Shown here: piece by piece, positions 35,306-48,524 of the stretch
Layout of the letters: every line of letters begins with the position of its first letter
Numbering within the stretch: position 1 is the first letter of the stretch
NCBI GenBank assembly: GCA_907165135.1
Contig: OU015566.1
Coordinates: forward strand, 2,046,001-2,110,000
Origin: Oikopleura dioica
Taxonomy: Eukaryota > Animalia > Chordata
Reading direction: 5' to 3'
DNA: 64,000 nt
Program-made: the position numbers and the translations under genes
The notes under the pieces: generated by a model
What the model was told of the DNA's origin: nothing
What the model saw: only the letters and a program-made list of their open reading frames with translations
Database searches by the model: none

Positions 35306-38204
35306 ATGAAGCTAGGAAGCTTTCTCCTAGCATCAGTGGCGGAAGCCGGGTACTTCCAGGGCTACAACAAGCTGACCGATGAGGAGAGAGAAGAGCGCCG
35401 CGTTCTCTGCGATGCCAAGATTGACGAGACGCAAGCCAAGTTCCCTGTAGAGAATGGATCATGGGATTGCCCCGGCTACGGAAAACTGAGATCGAAGGTC
35501 CGATGCCACCCGATCTGCGATAAGGGCTTCAATCCAGACTGGACCAGCCACTCCAACTCCAAGCCGAAAAAGCATAGCCCACGTTTTATGGCTCGATGCG
35601 GAGATCCAGCAACGATCGCCCGAAAGTAAGTTAAAAGTCATCTAAAAAGCACGCAATAACAAATTTCAAAGGAATCTCCCTCTTGATACCGTCTTCAAAT
35701 GCTCACCGAGAGCACCACATCCTTGCGAGGCGTCAGCCGCTACCCTCGACATCCCTGATGGCAGCATCACTTTAAGGACGAAGATCAACCGCAAGCGGGC
35801 AGACTACGTGGTCTACTGCGAAGATGGAACAAAGATGGGCGGAGTTCACTGCAACAACGGTGTTTTCAACGCCCCGAAGTGGAACAGACAAGACTGGAAG
35901 CAGTCTTGCGTTGGAAAAACAACGACGATTACACCGCCAGCTACCGAACCACCAACGGAGCCACCAACTGCGCCACCAACGGAGCCTCCAACTGAGCCGC
36001 CAACGGAGCCGCCAGCACCAGTTGATCCATGCGAGGGCGTTGCCGGCTGCACCACTTTCGTCGGCGTTGACGCAATAGCACCAGTGAAGCGCACTTGGTC
36101 TGAACCAATCATCGCTCAACCCAGCTACAAAGTCTCCGTTGACATTCTCTGTGATTCTTCCATGGGCGTCACAGACGACTGGAGAAACATCGTTCGTTTC
36201 AGCGATGGTGACGAAGATGATCAGCCTGGCGATCGTCAATTTGGCATCTGGCGGCACCCGAACGAGGCGCGCAAATTGCATCTCGTGGTCAATGATGGAA
36301 CCGAAGACAAAAATTGGGTTGATGTTCAATATACTTGCACAGAAGGCGAATGGAATACGTACTCCGTGACTCAGCTTGAAAACGATAAGTCTGAGGTCGA
36401 ATACTACCTCAGCGTTGATGGTGTCGAAGTTCTCGCCGGAACCTACAAGAAATGGGAGACTCCTAACGGTGTCAACATGTGGGGCTATTTTTCGGACAAA
36501 TACACTGAAGCAGCTTCTTCCTTCCTCGTCAAGAATTTCTACCACCAAGAATTGACTCCCGCCTGCGAAGTTGATCCATGCAATGGTGATCCTGACTGCA
36601 CCACGTTCATTGATGGCTGTGGACTTCAGCCAATCGTCAACACCTATTCCGATGCAGTCACCATTCAAGCAAGCTACAAAGTCTCAGCTGATGTTCTTTG
36701 CGACTCTTCTATGGGAGCTCTTGGCAGCTGGAGAAACATTTTCCGGTTCGGTGATGGTGGAGACAAAAGCAATGCTGGCGATCGAATTTTTGCTATGTGG
36801 CGACAAGACGATGACGCCCATAACTTGTACATCGCAGTTCACGATGGAAACCAGGCCAATTACTATGATGTCGCGTATTTTGAGTGCACCGAGGGCGAAT
36901 GGAACACGTACTCCGTCACCCAGGTTGAAAACGATGAGTCCGAAGTCACATACAGCCTGACTGTCGACGGAACCGAGCTTTTGACCGGTACCTACAAGAA
37001 ATGGAAAGCACCCCAAAATCGAGACGTGTGGGGATACTATTCTGACAACATCTACTCTGCTGCGTCTTCATACGTTGTCAAGAATTTTTACTACCAACGA
37101 CTCACCCCAGCCTGCAGAACTGATCCCTGCGATGGATCTGACGAATGCACCACCTTCATCGATGGATGCGGACTTCAGCCAATCCAAAACACCTATTCCG
37201 ATCCAATCACCATTCAACCAAGCTACAAAGTCGCAGCCGATGTTCTTTGCGATTCTTCTATGGGAAATGACGGCAGCTGGAGAAACATCCTTCGTCTCAG
37301 TGATGGTGGGGAAAATTCCAATGCAGGTGATCGACAATTTGCTATGTGGCGCTCTAACACTGGCGTCCACAACTTGCTTATCGCAGTCGGCGACGGAAAC
37401 GAGGCTTATTACTCTAATGATGTAAACTACGAGTGCACTGAAGGCGAATATAACAACTATGCCGTCACCCAGCTTGAGAACGATAAGTCCGAAGTCACAT
37501 ACAGCGTGACTGTCGACGGTGTAGAGATTTTGACCAATACCTACAAAAAATGGAAGACTCCTAACAACAGAGACATGTGGGCCTACTATTCTGACAATCA
37601 CGTCGGTGCAGCTGCCTCTTACGTTGTCAAGAATTTCCACTATCAAGCACTTACACCGGCCTGCAGAACTGACCCATGCAACGGCGCTGAGGACTGCATC
37701 ACCTTCATTGATGGCTGTGGACTTCAACCAATCACGAACACTTACTCCCCTGCATTCACTGCTGCCAAAAGTTACAAAATCGGCCTCGAGTTCCTTTTCG
37801 ACTCGTCAATGGGAACAGATTCAAGTTGGAGAAGCGTTGCTAAAATCGGTGCCGGCGACAATTCGGGTATGGGCGATCGACAAATTGCAATCTGGCGAAG
37901 ACCAAGCTATGCTGACTCGTTCCAAATCTCAGTCAATGATGGGACCAAATCTAGCTATGAAAACTCTGTGTACTGGGAATGCAGCGGCGAGGGCGAATGG
38001 CAAACGATCGAAGCCGTTCAAAATGAGAATGGCGACGACACAGTCAGCTACGTTCTCACTGCCAACGGTGTGGAGCTCCTTTCTGGCACTTACTCCACAA
38101 GCCACACTCCATCCGGAACCAATCAGTGGGCCTACTTCAGTGACGCTTATTATTCTGCTGCTTCTTCCTATGTTGTCAAGAATTTCTATTATCACGCGCT
38201 TTAG
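35306..38204 (+). CDS. Secreted ~950-aa protein: Cys-rich sushi-like N-terminus, (TEPP)n linker, four 183-aa LamG/ConA-like repeats; candidate house (oikosin-like) protein
   Basis: Signal peptide MKLGSFLLASVAEA, one GT-AG intron at ~35626-35671. Repeats start at 36024, 36573, 37122 and 37671 (549-bp period). Fold and function are inferred. Confidence 0.85.
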
Positions 38205-38793
38205 ATAATCACAATTTGATTATCCCAGATAATTTGTCGAAATAAGTAGATGGCTTGAAGAAGCCCCCCAAATTGTTTTATTTTTAAAAATTGTCCCTTT
38301 GATTTTTTTACAGCTCAAATTATTCTCATTCTCCTCTGATCTGATTTGGTTTATAAATAAAGATTCGCGATAGGCAAATATCTCAAACATTTTATGCATG
38401 AAATGGACTGAGAAAAAATCATCTCACGATTCTCTAAATGCAGTCGTTATTTTTTCAAAAAAACGTTTTTGCATCAGACTTCTATTTTGCTGGAATTTTT
38501 TCACGCAAGATATAACGCAGTTTTTTGTCGACGAGACGCGCAAAAAAAAAATTTTGATTCATTTTGATGAAGGTATAAACACTTTTTTCAATTTTCACGA
38601 AAAGCGAATATTATTTGGTTTTTTCATGAAAAGAGCATTTATTTTTGTGTTTCAGCGGTAAAACGGATCAGCAAAATAATGTGAAGGTATGTATTGGTTG
38701 GTGGCTTTTTACAGTAGCTTAAAAGATATTTCATATTTGGAAAAGGAAAGATTTCTACCTGTACAATATCTTTTTGATGATTTTTGTTGCATT

Positions 38794-41700
38794 TTACGGG
38801 TACTCGTTTATTCCGGCCATGGCTGCTTTTTGTCGCTGTCTCTCTAAACTCGATGGTTCGATGACTTCGTCAAAATCTTCGTGATGTTTCGCGCACAGGC
38901 AGCAGCAGCAATGACCTAAGCTAATAAGAGAAAGCTTTTTGAAGCAAAAGTAACCTTCATTTCTGCATTTTCTGCATTCAATTATGCATGGAACGATGAC
39001 GCAAAGAAGGAGGAAAAGAAGAACAGATCCAACGATGATGACGACCATCCAAGTCGGGCTGATTCCAGCTGGATTTTCTTGAAGTTCGTATCCGTCCCCG
39101 GAGCTTTCTTCGAAGTCAGAAATGTCTAGAATTTGATAGAATTTGAAGTATTTTTGCGATTTCATACCAAAGACGGAGATTTTCTCATTTCCAGCGCCCT
39201 TCAAATTGATATTCGTTCCTCCCATAACACCTCGTCCATTGACATTGGAAAGTGGAGCCAGTGAAAGCTGGCTGGAAGTTGTCTTTTCAGATGTCAAGCC
39301 GAACTCGTTATTCGAAGCGCTGACGAAAATCTAGAAAAAAAATTTTTGAAGAAAATTTCTCAAGAAAACACTCACCTTGTAAGCTTTAGTCGGGTCCAAG
39401 CCAAAAAGCTTCGTCTCCGTTTCATTTCTATCGTAAGTGCCAGTTCCGATGATTCCTTCGGACGGAACAATGCCGACTCGATAAGTGGAAGCCTTCTCAA
39501 CTCCTTCCCACATGACAGTGACGGTGCCATTTTTCATTCCGTGCTTGATGACGCGAACTTCGGCAGGAGCGTTGATCTGGGTGAGACCGTGAATCGGGTC
39601 GCCAGTGTAAGATGTAAAGACTTCGCCGGCTTCATCGGTGAATGACTCTTTTTCTTGAACGGAGACGACGTAGATTCGGTAACGAGACGCTGGCTCCATA
39701 TCATAGAGTTCGGCTAAAGAATAATTTTTTAAGAAAAGTTTTTTCTAGATATTTTTACCCTTGAGTTCTGTTATGCCAGTAATCGTCTTGACGCTCTTCG
39801 TATCCAAATTATTATACGTCACTTCATACGCACTGGCCTTATCAACCCCAGTCCATTCTACCTGCATTCCATAAGGCGTAATCGTGCTCGGATTGATCCA
39901 GACTTTCTCAGGAGGCGGAAGAGCGGTCGTGAATTTTACAGTCGCGTTTGCTCCTGCTTTTGAATCGGAAATCGCGGCAACGTGGATTTCGTACGTCTCT
40001 CCAACTTCCAGTCCAGCGAGAACAGCGCGGGAGGCTCCAGTGACGTCGCCAGTTCCGACGACGTTTTCGCCCGGCTCCGCGAAGATTCTGTAGTCATTGA
40101 TCTCCTCGTCTTCTTGCCAAGTGACAAGGACTCGATCGGGGTAGTCTGGATCTGCCTGAACGATCAAGCCCATTGGAGGGGAGTAGAGAGTCGAGGTGTA
40201 GAACTTCTGCTCAGCTCCTGCTCCAACGTCGTTCATTCCATTCAGTTTGAAGACATAATCAGTATTCGGAGTCAATTCAGTGATGTTCACGGCCGTTTTC
40301 TCTCCCCCAACAGCGTAAGAATTTACCTGTTCACCATTCAACGTCCTGACAGAGATCTGATACTTGCTGGCCCCGACGATCGTGTCCCATTCTAGCACCA
40401 AGCTTGAATGCTGAATCGTGCCTTCTTTGGCACCGAATTTCATCGGACCGGGAAGAGCAGTTTTGACACCAATATTTGACCCGGGTGATTTTTCCGCGAC
40501 ATTGTGAGCGTAAACGGTAAAGTTGTACTTTGTATTTGGCGTGAGATCTTCCAACCAGGCTTCGCGAATGGTGATTTCTGAGTCGTCAGCAACACGTGGG
40601 CAGCAGGGAGTGACATCGATTGTGTAGTAGTCTGCTCCGTCGACTTCTTCCCAGGTAAGCATGAGCGTTGTGCTGCCAATTTCTTCTGCATCCAGATTGT
40701 GCGGCGAATCGAGCTTGGTGAATTGCTCAATTCTTGCGATTCCTCCTCTGCCGACTTCGTTGATCGCGCGGACTTCGAAGATGTACTCGGTTCCAGAATT
40801 AAGGTAGGCGATGTTGACTTGAGTTTGTCCCGCACCCAGGTCGTGGGTATGACCGACGCCGTCTTTGTAGTAAGTAACGGTGTAGGAATTGATCTCTGCA
40901 CCAGGAATTGGTTCCCAAGCGAGAGTGATGGCATCCTTCGTGACGTCTGTAACACGAAGATTTCTCGGTGGAGGAAGAGCTGTTGTAAATCGCACTTCAG
41001 CTGGCTCAGAATGTTCTAGACCGTTTCGACCAATGACTGTAATGACGTAAGTTGTATCGGGAAGAAGTTCAGATAGTTGAACTTTGTTTTCCGTGATGCT
41101 GGGCATTTTTGAGCTGGCTTCGTACTCGGCTGCATCTCCGGTTCTGATCGCGACATCGTATGAACTAGCTCCAGAAACAAGTTGCCATTCGATCATAACT
41201 TGAGTATCGGAAATAGACCCTGCGACGATGTTGAGTTCTTTTGGAGGGTAAAGAGCAAACGTGAAAGATTTGCTCCAAGCGGCGTATTCTTTCGAGTTCA
41301 CTCCGTTTTTCAAAGATCCGGCGAAGAATTCTAAGCCAGAGGCCCGTTTCTTGATGGTGACTTCTCCGCCCGTCGAGTCATGAATTCTTCCGTCGTGGAG
41401 GGCGGCTGCGCAGATGTACGAGTCCGTCGTGTACTGGATGGTGCCGTAAACATGATCTTGATACTTTGAGCAACGGGCTGGGCAAGTGATTGTGACTCGT
41501 TCTTGCTTGAGGTAGTCTTCAGCCTTGGCGTAGCAAATCGACAGTGTTTTGATTCCAACACTTGTTGGTTGGGAAGCACCAGCGTCGTTTACTGCTGCAA
41601 CGAAGATAGTATACTGAACGTCAGCTTTCAAACCGCGAATGGTCGCTAATGTGTCTTTGATCCCGCTTCCAGCGCCAATCGCATCCGGGGCTTCAGGCTC

Positions 41701-43203
41701 AAATGTTATCTCGTAGCCAGATGCGCCAGAGACTGGCTCCCACTGGATTGTGACAGTGTCGTGGGAGATGGTATTTTCAATGACTCGTGCAGATTCGGGG
41801 CTTGGCAATCTCGTGTATTGCTTTAAAACAACCGCTCCGCCAGTGGCAACCCAGTTTCTCGGCTTGACAACGATTGTGTATTGAGTATTTGGAGTGAGCC
41901 CGCGAAGAGTCGTCGATGTCTTGTAAATCGCATTTCCAGCACCGGAGACTCCAGATGAAGGCTGAACTTCGACGATGTAGGACTCGGCCTTGTCGACTTC
42001 GGACCAAGCGATTTGCATCGACTCAGAGGTCAGTGTTTCGGGCAAAGCAAAGATCTCATCCGGGGCGGGGAGGGCAGTTCGAGCCCAAACGACAGCGGCG
42101 ATGCCCTCCATTCCTAAAATTTATTTTCAAAATATGATGAAAGGTTTACTTTCTTCACGTTTTCAAAAGACCAATTTTTTCGGGTAAAATTTAGTCGGAC
42201 GCCATAAAATTACAATGAATCGTTTTTTTTAATGCTCAAATAATTATAAAAAAATCTAATAAGACCGGAAAAGATTAAATTAAAAGAGGCAGGTTTTCGA
42301 GATTTGCGGTCAGGGACTGGGGAATTATGCAGACAAGGCGAGAAATTGATTCATTTGAACTGGCCGCCGCTTGACATTTTCAACTTATTTCAAGCGTTCC
42401 AGAAATAATACTGTTCTAGCTTCCGAAACGTGAAAAATCTGAGAATGGAAGCTTACCGTCTTTCATAGCCATAAGCCTAAAAGTGTATTCCGTGTCTGGC
42501 TCGAGCCCAAGAACTCGTGAGAAGCGATCAGTAATTCCGGATCCTACTCCAGCCACTCCAACAGTAGGAGGCATCACATCCAGCTTGTACGAATCAGCTT
42601 TTGGTACTCCTTCCCAGGTGAGAAAGAGGGATTTGTCCGTGACGGATCCATCAGAGACGAGGAAATTCTTCGCGCTGGGGAGCGATATCCCCAGACAAAG
42701 AGGTATCAACAGCTAGAAAGTGACATTTTAGACATTAAACGCGCCTTTTGAAGGATAACTTATTCTAGAGCACTCTTTTTTCAAGCAGAAAAGATCGATT
42801 TTAGTCACGAATTCTCAGAAAAAAAGACATTTTTTTTCGATTCTCTATTAAATAAAAGTAAGATAAAATCATAAAACTTGTTTTTAAAAATGAGAATAAG
42901 GGTATCACTCTACTATATTTTCTTAAAATCAGAGTTGCAAATTTTTGAAAATTCTTTCTGAGCTGAGCTAGCTGAGCTGAGGTCGAAATTGAGCTGAGCT
43001 AAGCTGGCTGAGCTGAGGTTAAAATTGAGCTAGGTGAGCTGAGCACCTCAAAATTGCTGAGCTGAGCTGAGCTGTAGCTCCGCTAGCTCAGATAGCTCAG
43101 CTCAGCTAGCTCACAAAATTTGCAACTCTGCTTAAAATAAGCAAATATAAAACTCTTACAATAATTCTTTTACGAAAACGAGACTTACTGTTAGTAATAT
43201 CAT
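38794..43203 (-). CDS. Type I membrane protein with ~10 FN3 domains and one LCCL domain
   Basis: 15-nt first exon MILLT + LLIPLCLG signal. FN3 W..Y..L.P.T.Y motifs, LCCL motif CPARC..VYGT..YTTDSYICAAALHDG, TM WMVVIIVGSVLLFLLLCVIV and Cys cluster HCCCCLC. Confidence 0.9.
42930..43130. mobile_element. hAT-type MITE with GAGCT repeats, in intron 1 of the FN3 gene
   Basis: 16-bp TIR CAGAGTTGCAAATTTT and perfect 8-bp TSD CTTAAAAT. Confidence 0.92.
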
Positions 43204-43673
43204 TTTTTGTTTCAACTTCGTTATAAATTCAATTTTTTTCTTCGTTTAATTTTTCATTCGAGTCTCTGAGAATTATTCTGCTTCTTCCGCTTTAACTCTC
43301 TTCGACGATTTCAAATGAATTAATTTCACCAGTATTCACAACAAAAAAAAAGAAAAGAAACAACAAAAATGTCCAAAATGGGAATTTACAATTGGAAGGA
43401 CTTTTGGTTAGAAGGAGAGAGATGTGCTTGGCGGAGACCTTTTGGTGGTGGTGGTGCAGCATTCGTCAGATCGGCCTATCAGAGAACGGGGAGTAATGAG
43501 CCCCGCAGCGTTTTTCGAGGCACCACCGAATCATATTCTGAGAAGTGGTCATCAATGGAACTGGAACTTGATAATTACGACTACGGAATAAACATTACGC
43601 ATGATATTTTTATAAGATAATTATCAGCTTTGATTAAACATGTATTTAAAAATATTTTTCAAAAAAAAAAAAG

Positions 43674-46291
43674 CTAATTGAACAGTAAAATAATTGAAAG
43701 ACAAAAGCTCAAGCCAAAAATCGAGGAAGAAGATTCTTCTGGAACAACTTCTTCGATGACTTGAATAGGCTCCCCTTCATTATCCGGTGAGTTGATGACG
43801 TTGCTGACATAGGGAGGAACTTTCGCACTTGATCCTCCAGATGAACCGCCACTTGAGCCAGAAGAACCAGAAGAGCCAGAAGAGCTAGAACCTGCTTCAA
43901 AAGTTCTTCCGTTGGTTGATGAGATTGCTCCACGTTCATTTGGCGTTGTTTCTTCTACAGTCGCTCCAGTGTCCACTATATTCAAATCTTGTTGAAACTC
44001 TGTAGTCGCAGTATTTGAAGTTTCAGTGACAAAGTCGTCCACAAGATTATCAGTTTGTCTTCTTCTTCGACCAGAGGACATTGGGTATGCCCAGCGCAGG
44101 TAAAAATCACCTTTTTTGTGTTTTTTTTTTTCATACCGAGAAAAAACTTTTTCATTTGGTTGATATTAAAACTTTCCTTCAAAACTTATCCAAACTTGGT
44201 TATTGCCAGCTGGTGAATAATAATCTGGAATCGAGTTCGGGATGACGAATCGGTAGCGATAAGTGTAGGCATAATTGAAGGATCGCCAGTTTCTGTCGAC
44301 GATGAATCGCCAATGCTCCGTGTTATACCCTTATTTTTAAATCGAATATATTTTTGATGTATTTACTATTGAGCTCCGCAAGAAATTCTTCGGCGGTTTC
44401 GTTGTTGTAGAGATTAAAGAGGCAGTAGAATTTCATGTCAAATTGGTAATATGAGAGAGGATTTAAAAACTTTTTTCTGATCAAAAAGAAGGTTAGTTTT
44501 AAAATCCTCATCATAAACAAAAATATTATCATCACAACTATCGATGTTGGTAGTAAAAGTTTCATCTTCTTCTTGCGGGACATCATTAAACAAAGAGCAC
44601 GTTTCTTCCGCAAAATGCATCTTTTTTGAGTTTTTTTTTAAGATATTTCCTTGATTTTTTTTCAAGAAGCGAGTCAAAACCCTTCCTGGTAGCAACCAGC
44701 ATGGCTAACACATTGTTTCTGACAAGTTGCAAGATCAGTCACTGACGAATCGTTGACCGATGTCGCTTCGATTTGGGAAACTGGAATTTGGAATCCAAGG
44801 ATCATCGGGTAAAAAATAATGTCACCGAAATGAGTATCGTCGACGCAATCACCCTCCAATTCCGGATATTCTCCGACAAGGACTTCGACTTCACCATGTT
44901 CAAAATGGTCCGGATGCTCGTAAATTAACCCAAGTTCGAATTCGTCGTAGATAACTGGCCATAATTTGTAATCAAGAAAATTAAAAAAGCTTCCATCAAC
45001 TGCGTCCCAAACTCTTTCGTCGACATCCTTTTTCGTCACATTTCCTTCGCCCACATAAGTCCATCGCAAGTACATTTCACCTTCGAGAAGAAGATAAAAT
45101 GAATTATTAAGGGCCTCTGGGAAATCATCAGGAACGGTGGTGGCAAGACTCATCGTGTATTTAGATGTGTGCGCGTAGTTATATTGACCATCGTAACTTG
45201 AAGAGTCGAGGACGAAATTCCACTCAGAAGAGTTGGACGCTGACAAATTCTCCTGGTATTCACCTTTGAACATAGTTTTTTGGTAATATTTTTTGGTTCT
45301 TACTCATGATCAATTCAAAATTCACTTCAATAGAATTATTGTTATATGGAAGCAAAAGCAAATAAGCCTCGATGGGAACGAAAAATTCTTTGTAAGGGAT
45401 GATTAACTCGCTTTTTTGGCAATAAGCGATTGTAAAAAATCTTTCTTCATCCCTAGTCGTTGATATCTTCAAACTCGCCGCAATTTTCCAATTTTGTTGA
45501 AAATGTTTCACCATCAACTTGGTCTACTCCATTGAAAAGAAAACACCCTTCATCGGAGTAATGAATCTATTTGAGATACTGAATAAAATTCGTGAAGAAA
45601 ATTTCCATCAATAAATATCTGTCCTGAAAGCATCCAGCAATGCTCGCACATTCTTTTTTACAGTGATGCAAATCCTCAATTACAATCAAATTCCCTTCAG
45701 AGTCCCTTATTGAATCATCTGGTCGAATTTTCTCAATCTTTGTTTCAGGAAAAGATCCACCGTATGCTTCAAAAAGGACATCACCGAAATGAGTGTATGT
45801 TATGCAATTTTCGTCGAACTCTGTTGTTGTTGAGGAATATTGAGTTGACGAACTCAAAGTTGAGGAAACGGTTGAGCTCTGAGTCAAAACAGAAGAAAGA
45901 CCTGATGTTGAGCTTTTGATAGGGCTGTGAATCTTGTCCCTTACTAAAGTCTCCTCTAGAATCTGCCGAGCCCAGACTGTAAGGAATCGAAGATGTCGAC
46001 GAATAAGTAGATGAGTACGATTCCGTCGAAATCTCAGTAGTAGAGTCCGTTGAAGCCGTAGGGGTGGAACTAACAGCATACGAAGTTGTTGTGGGGGAAT
46101 AAACAACAGTACTGCTATATCCTGTCGAGCTGAAAGGCTGAGTACTCGATCCGATTGTCGAGGAGCTTGTCGATACTGAGAATTGAGAAAGTATGCCCTT
46201 ATTCGAGTTTCAAAGATTGGAGAACGAAGGTTCTTAGAGAAAAAAACTCGTTGAACTTTGCCTGTATTTCAAAAAGTAAAAGAATTCTCAT
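43674..46291 (-). CDS. Cell-surface mucin-like protein with two PAN/apple-like repeats, furin-like site and GPI-type tail
   Basis: MRILLLFEIQ|GILS signal, Ser/Thr tract, two THFGD..DL..C..C.S.AGC.Q..C.LFN repeats, RRRRQ and C-terminal SSIFGLSFCLSIILLFN*. Some internal junctions unresolved. Confidence 0.65.
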
Positions 46292-46512
46292 GTCGCCGGA
46301 AGTATCTCTTTACGAAGTGATCCGATTCTGTCTGCCGAGGCGAATAGATCAAGCGAAATCTGACCCTTCTTTGTTGTTGCTTCAATAATGGTTACTACGA
46401 TGCATGAAGCGAAGTTACTGTTTTTGTCAAGAATATTCCGTCGAGTTGAATGATGGTCTCCCAGACTTTCAACTCATGAGTAATGAGAAATGAGATGAAT
46501 ATTTTATCTGAT

Positions 46513-47147
46513 TTATTGAAGAAATTTTATTTCAATCATCAAGAAAAAGAAAGTTTTGAAAAGAAAAATCGCGGGAAAGCATGAGATTTTTGATGCAGCT
46601 GATGAAACAGTAGCGTTATCTATCGAAGTTTGAAATATTTGTTCGGTTGTAGTTTTTTCAATCGGCCGCGATGTTGTTTTTCCAGATCCTATATTCGATT
46701 CTCCAGTGGTGGCAGAGGGAGCTTCATTGTAAGGACTCATTGTGGACTTCAAATGGGAAGTTGAATTGGAAGTGATGATATCAGTAGTTTCATTTGATTG
46801 ATCAACTGTTGGAATAACAGTGGAAGCAGTAGTAGTGCTTTTTGCCGTTGTACTATTCGTAATGATATCTGGTAAAACAGATGCTTCGGTTGTAGGATTG
46901 ATTGTTTTTGGTGAAATCATAGTTGCAGTGGTGAACGTTGTGGACGAAGAAAGTGTCGACCCTGAGCCAGTCGAGAATGTGGAACTCGAGAAGGTGGTAG
47001 TCAAAGTGTCAAGGGTCGAAGTGCTACTGGAAGAAAGAGTACTCATTGTAGAACTGGTTGATGACGATTCCGTTTGACCGAAGCAAGCCTTTGAAAAGTT
47101 TCAAAAATTCCCTTTATGAATCATTCCATCATGAAAATTTTTATCAT
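46513..47147 (-). CDS. Ser/Thr-rich mucin-like protein with hydrophobic C-terminus
   Basis: ORF of >177 aa rich in S/T. Probable first exon MIKIFMM joined through a 38-bp GA-AG intron to ACFGQTES. Confidence 0.65.
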
Positions 47148-47928
47148 AAAGTTTATGATAAAAATTTTCAATTGAAGCTTTTCCTGAAAGAGTAAAAACG
47201 AAATAACTTTCAACCTTCTCATTCCGCTCGTTTAAGCTCTCGAAATACCAAATCTTCCGGAAATATTTTTTCCGTCAAAGCTTCGAAATCACGCGTTTTT
47301 ATACGCGATTTTTATGGCCGTAATCCATCATAGCCTATGAAATTCAGCACCTTTAAATCCTATCATCCACGTAAACTTATTGATCTTTGATTATTATTCA
47401 GATGAATAATACCCAAAAAATCCATCACGAAAGTCGTTTGCCAGAAAAGCAAGTAGCCGTGAATTTTCGATTTCAAATAAGGCTTCTTCTGATTTCTGCT
47501 GAAATAAATTACCTCTTCATAATTACTTCTTCCTAGACTTTAACGATCGCTAATTCACCCCATTAACTTTGGCTCCAGTGGCTTAATTTCGGAAATCGAT
47601 GCAGAAAAGACTGAGAAAAGCTGGGTGTAAAACAAGCGAAAATCGCCCCGAGGCCTGGACTTAATAGAATCTCGCCGCGGCTGACAGAAAATTTGCACTT
47701 TACTATGTTATAATGAGTGATCATGAGAGGCGGCCGGCAGCGGGTGAGAGCAGAGAGCAGCCGATTTTTGGCAAACATCGATCTTTGGGCACCCAGTTTG
47801 GCATCGTCTTTGGCAGCATCGTAGGCAACGGGACGAAACGTTTTCTGTTATTACGGCAAATTCCAAGAGCCACTTTGGCGTAAAGGGCTTAGCTACTTAA
47901 AAGTGCTCACACGCAAATTCCAACACAG

Positions 47929-48318
47929 ATGGGCGTGGGAGCTTCAAATTTTCGCCCAACTCTTTTAAGTCCTGTCAAAGGTTGCGTCGGTTTCCTCTGG
48001 ATCGTCTATGCCATCGGAAAATACGCTTTCCGCCGCCGAGAACTGTCAGAATCCCAAGTTGCCCCGGCCGAATCGCAAAATCAAACTCCCAAAAATCAAG
48101 CAACAACAGAAGATCGCCTTGAAACAACGGAGGAAATCGCGCTCGAGCCCTCGAGCGCTGAGGCAAAGTCTACCGACAAAACAAAGGAAACTACCGATAG
48201 CACGGATGAAAGCAGCAGTGAAGAGGAAAGTGGAGCGTTTGGGAGAACGCGAGAACGGTGCCCTTTTAGGAAAAGTTTCTTTGATGTCGATAGAGAAATA
48301 GACTTGATCAATATTTAG
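47929..48318 (+). CDS. Hypothetical 129-aa protein (hydrophobic segment plus acidic tract)
   Basis: ORF with plausible composition only. Confidence 0.4.
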   Translation: MGVGASNFRPTLLSPVKGCVGFLWIVYAIGKYAFRRRELSESQVAPAESQNQTPKNQATTEDRLETTEEIALEPSSAEAKSTDKTKETTDSTDESSSEEESGAFGRTRERCPFRKSFFDVDREIDLINI

Positions 48319-48524
48319 ACATAAGTTGAACTAAAATCATGTTAATTGTAGAACTATCATGTTTAGCTGTGCATGACAGCGTATAATTACAGCGATATTG
48401 AGGATTTAAACAGGATTATCTAAACTTTATTCCTTTGATCGGACATCTGCCGGCCATCTAATCTGCTCATATAACGTCTTTCGAGAAAATTGCTTGTCGC
48501 AAACCTTACGTAAAGAATAGCTAG

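Noticed and set aside
35772-37727. Long antisense ORFs (298 and 219 aa)
   Set aside because: Shadow frames of the repeat-protein exon on the plus strand.
42930-43130. GAGCT pentamers resembling immunoglobulin switch regions
   Set aside because: Bounded by TIRs and an 8-bp TSD, so best explained as transposon subterminal repeats.
43369-43620. 83-aa ORF divergent from the FN3 gene
   Set aside because: No recognisable domain or supporting signals.
46470-46500. Resemblance to the Oikopleura spliced-leader 5' end
   Set aside because: Only a loose short match, with no full leader, donor or Sm site.
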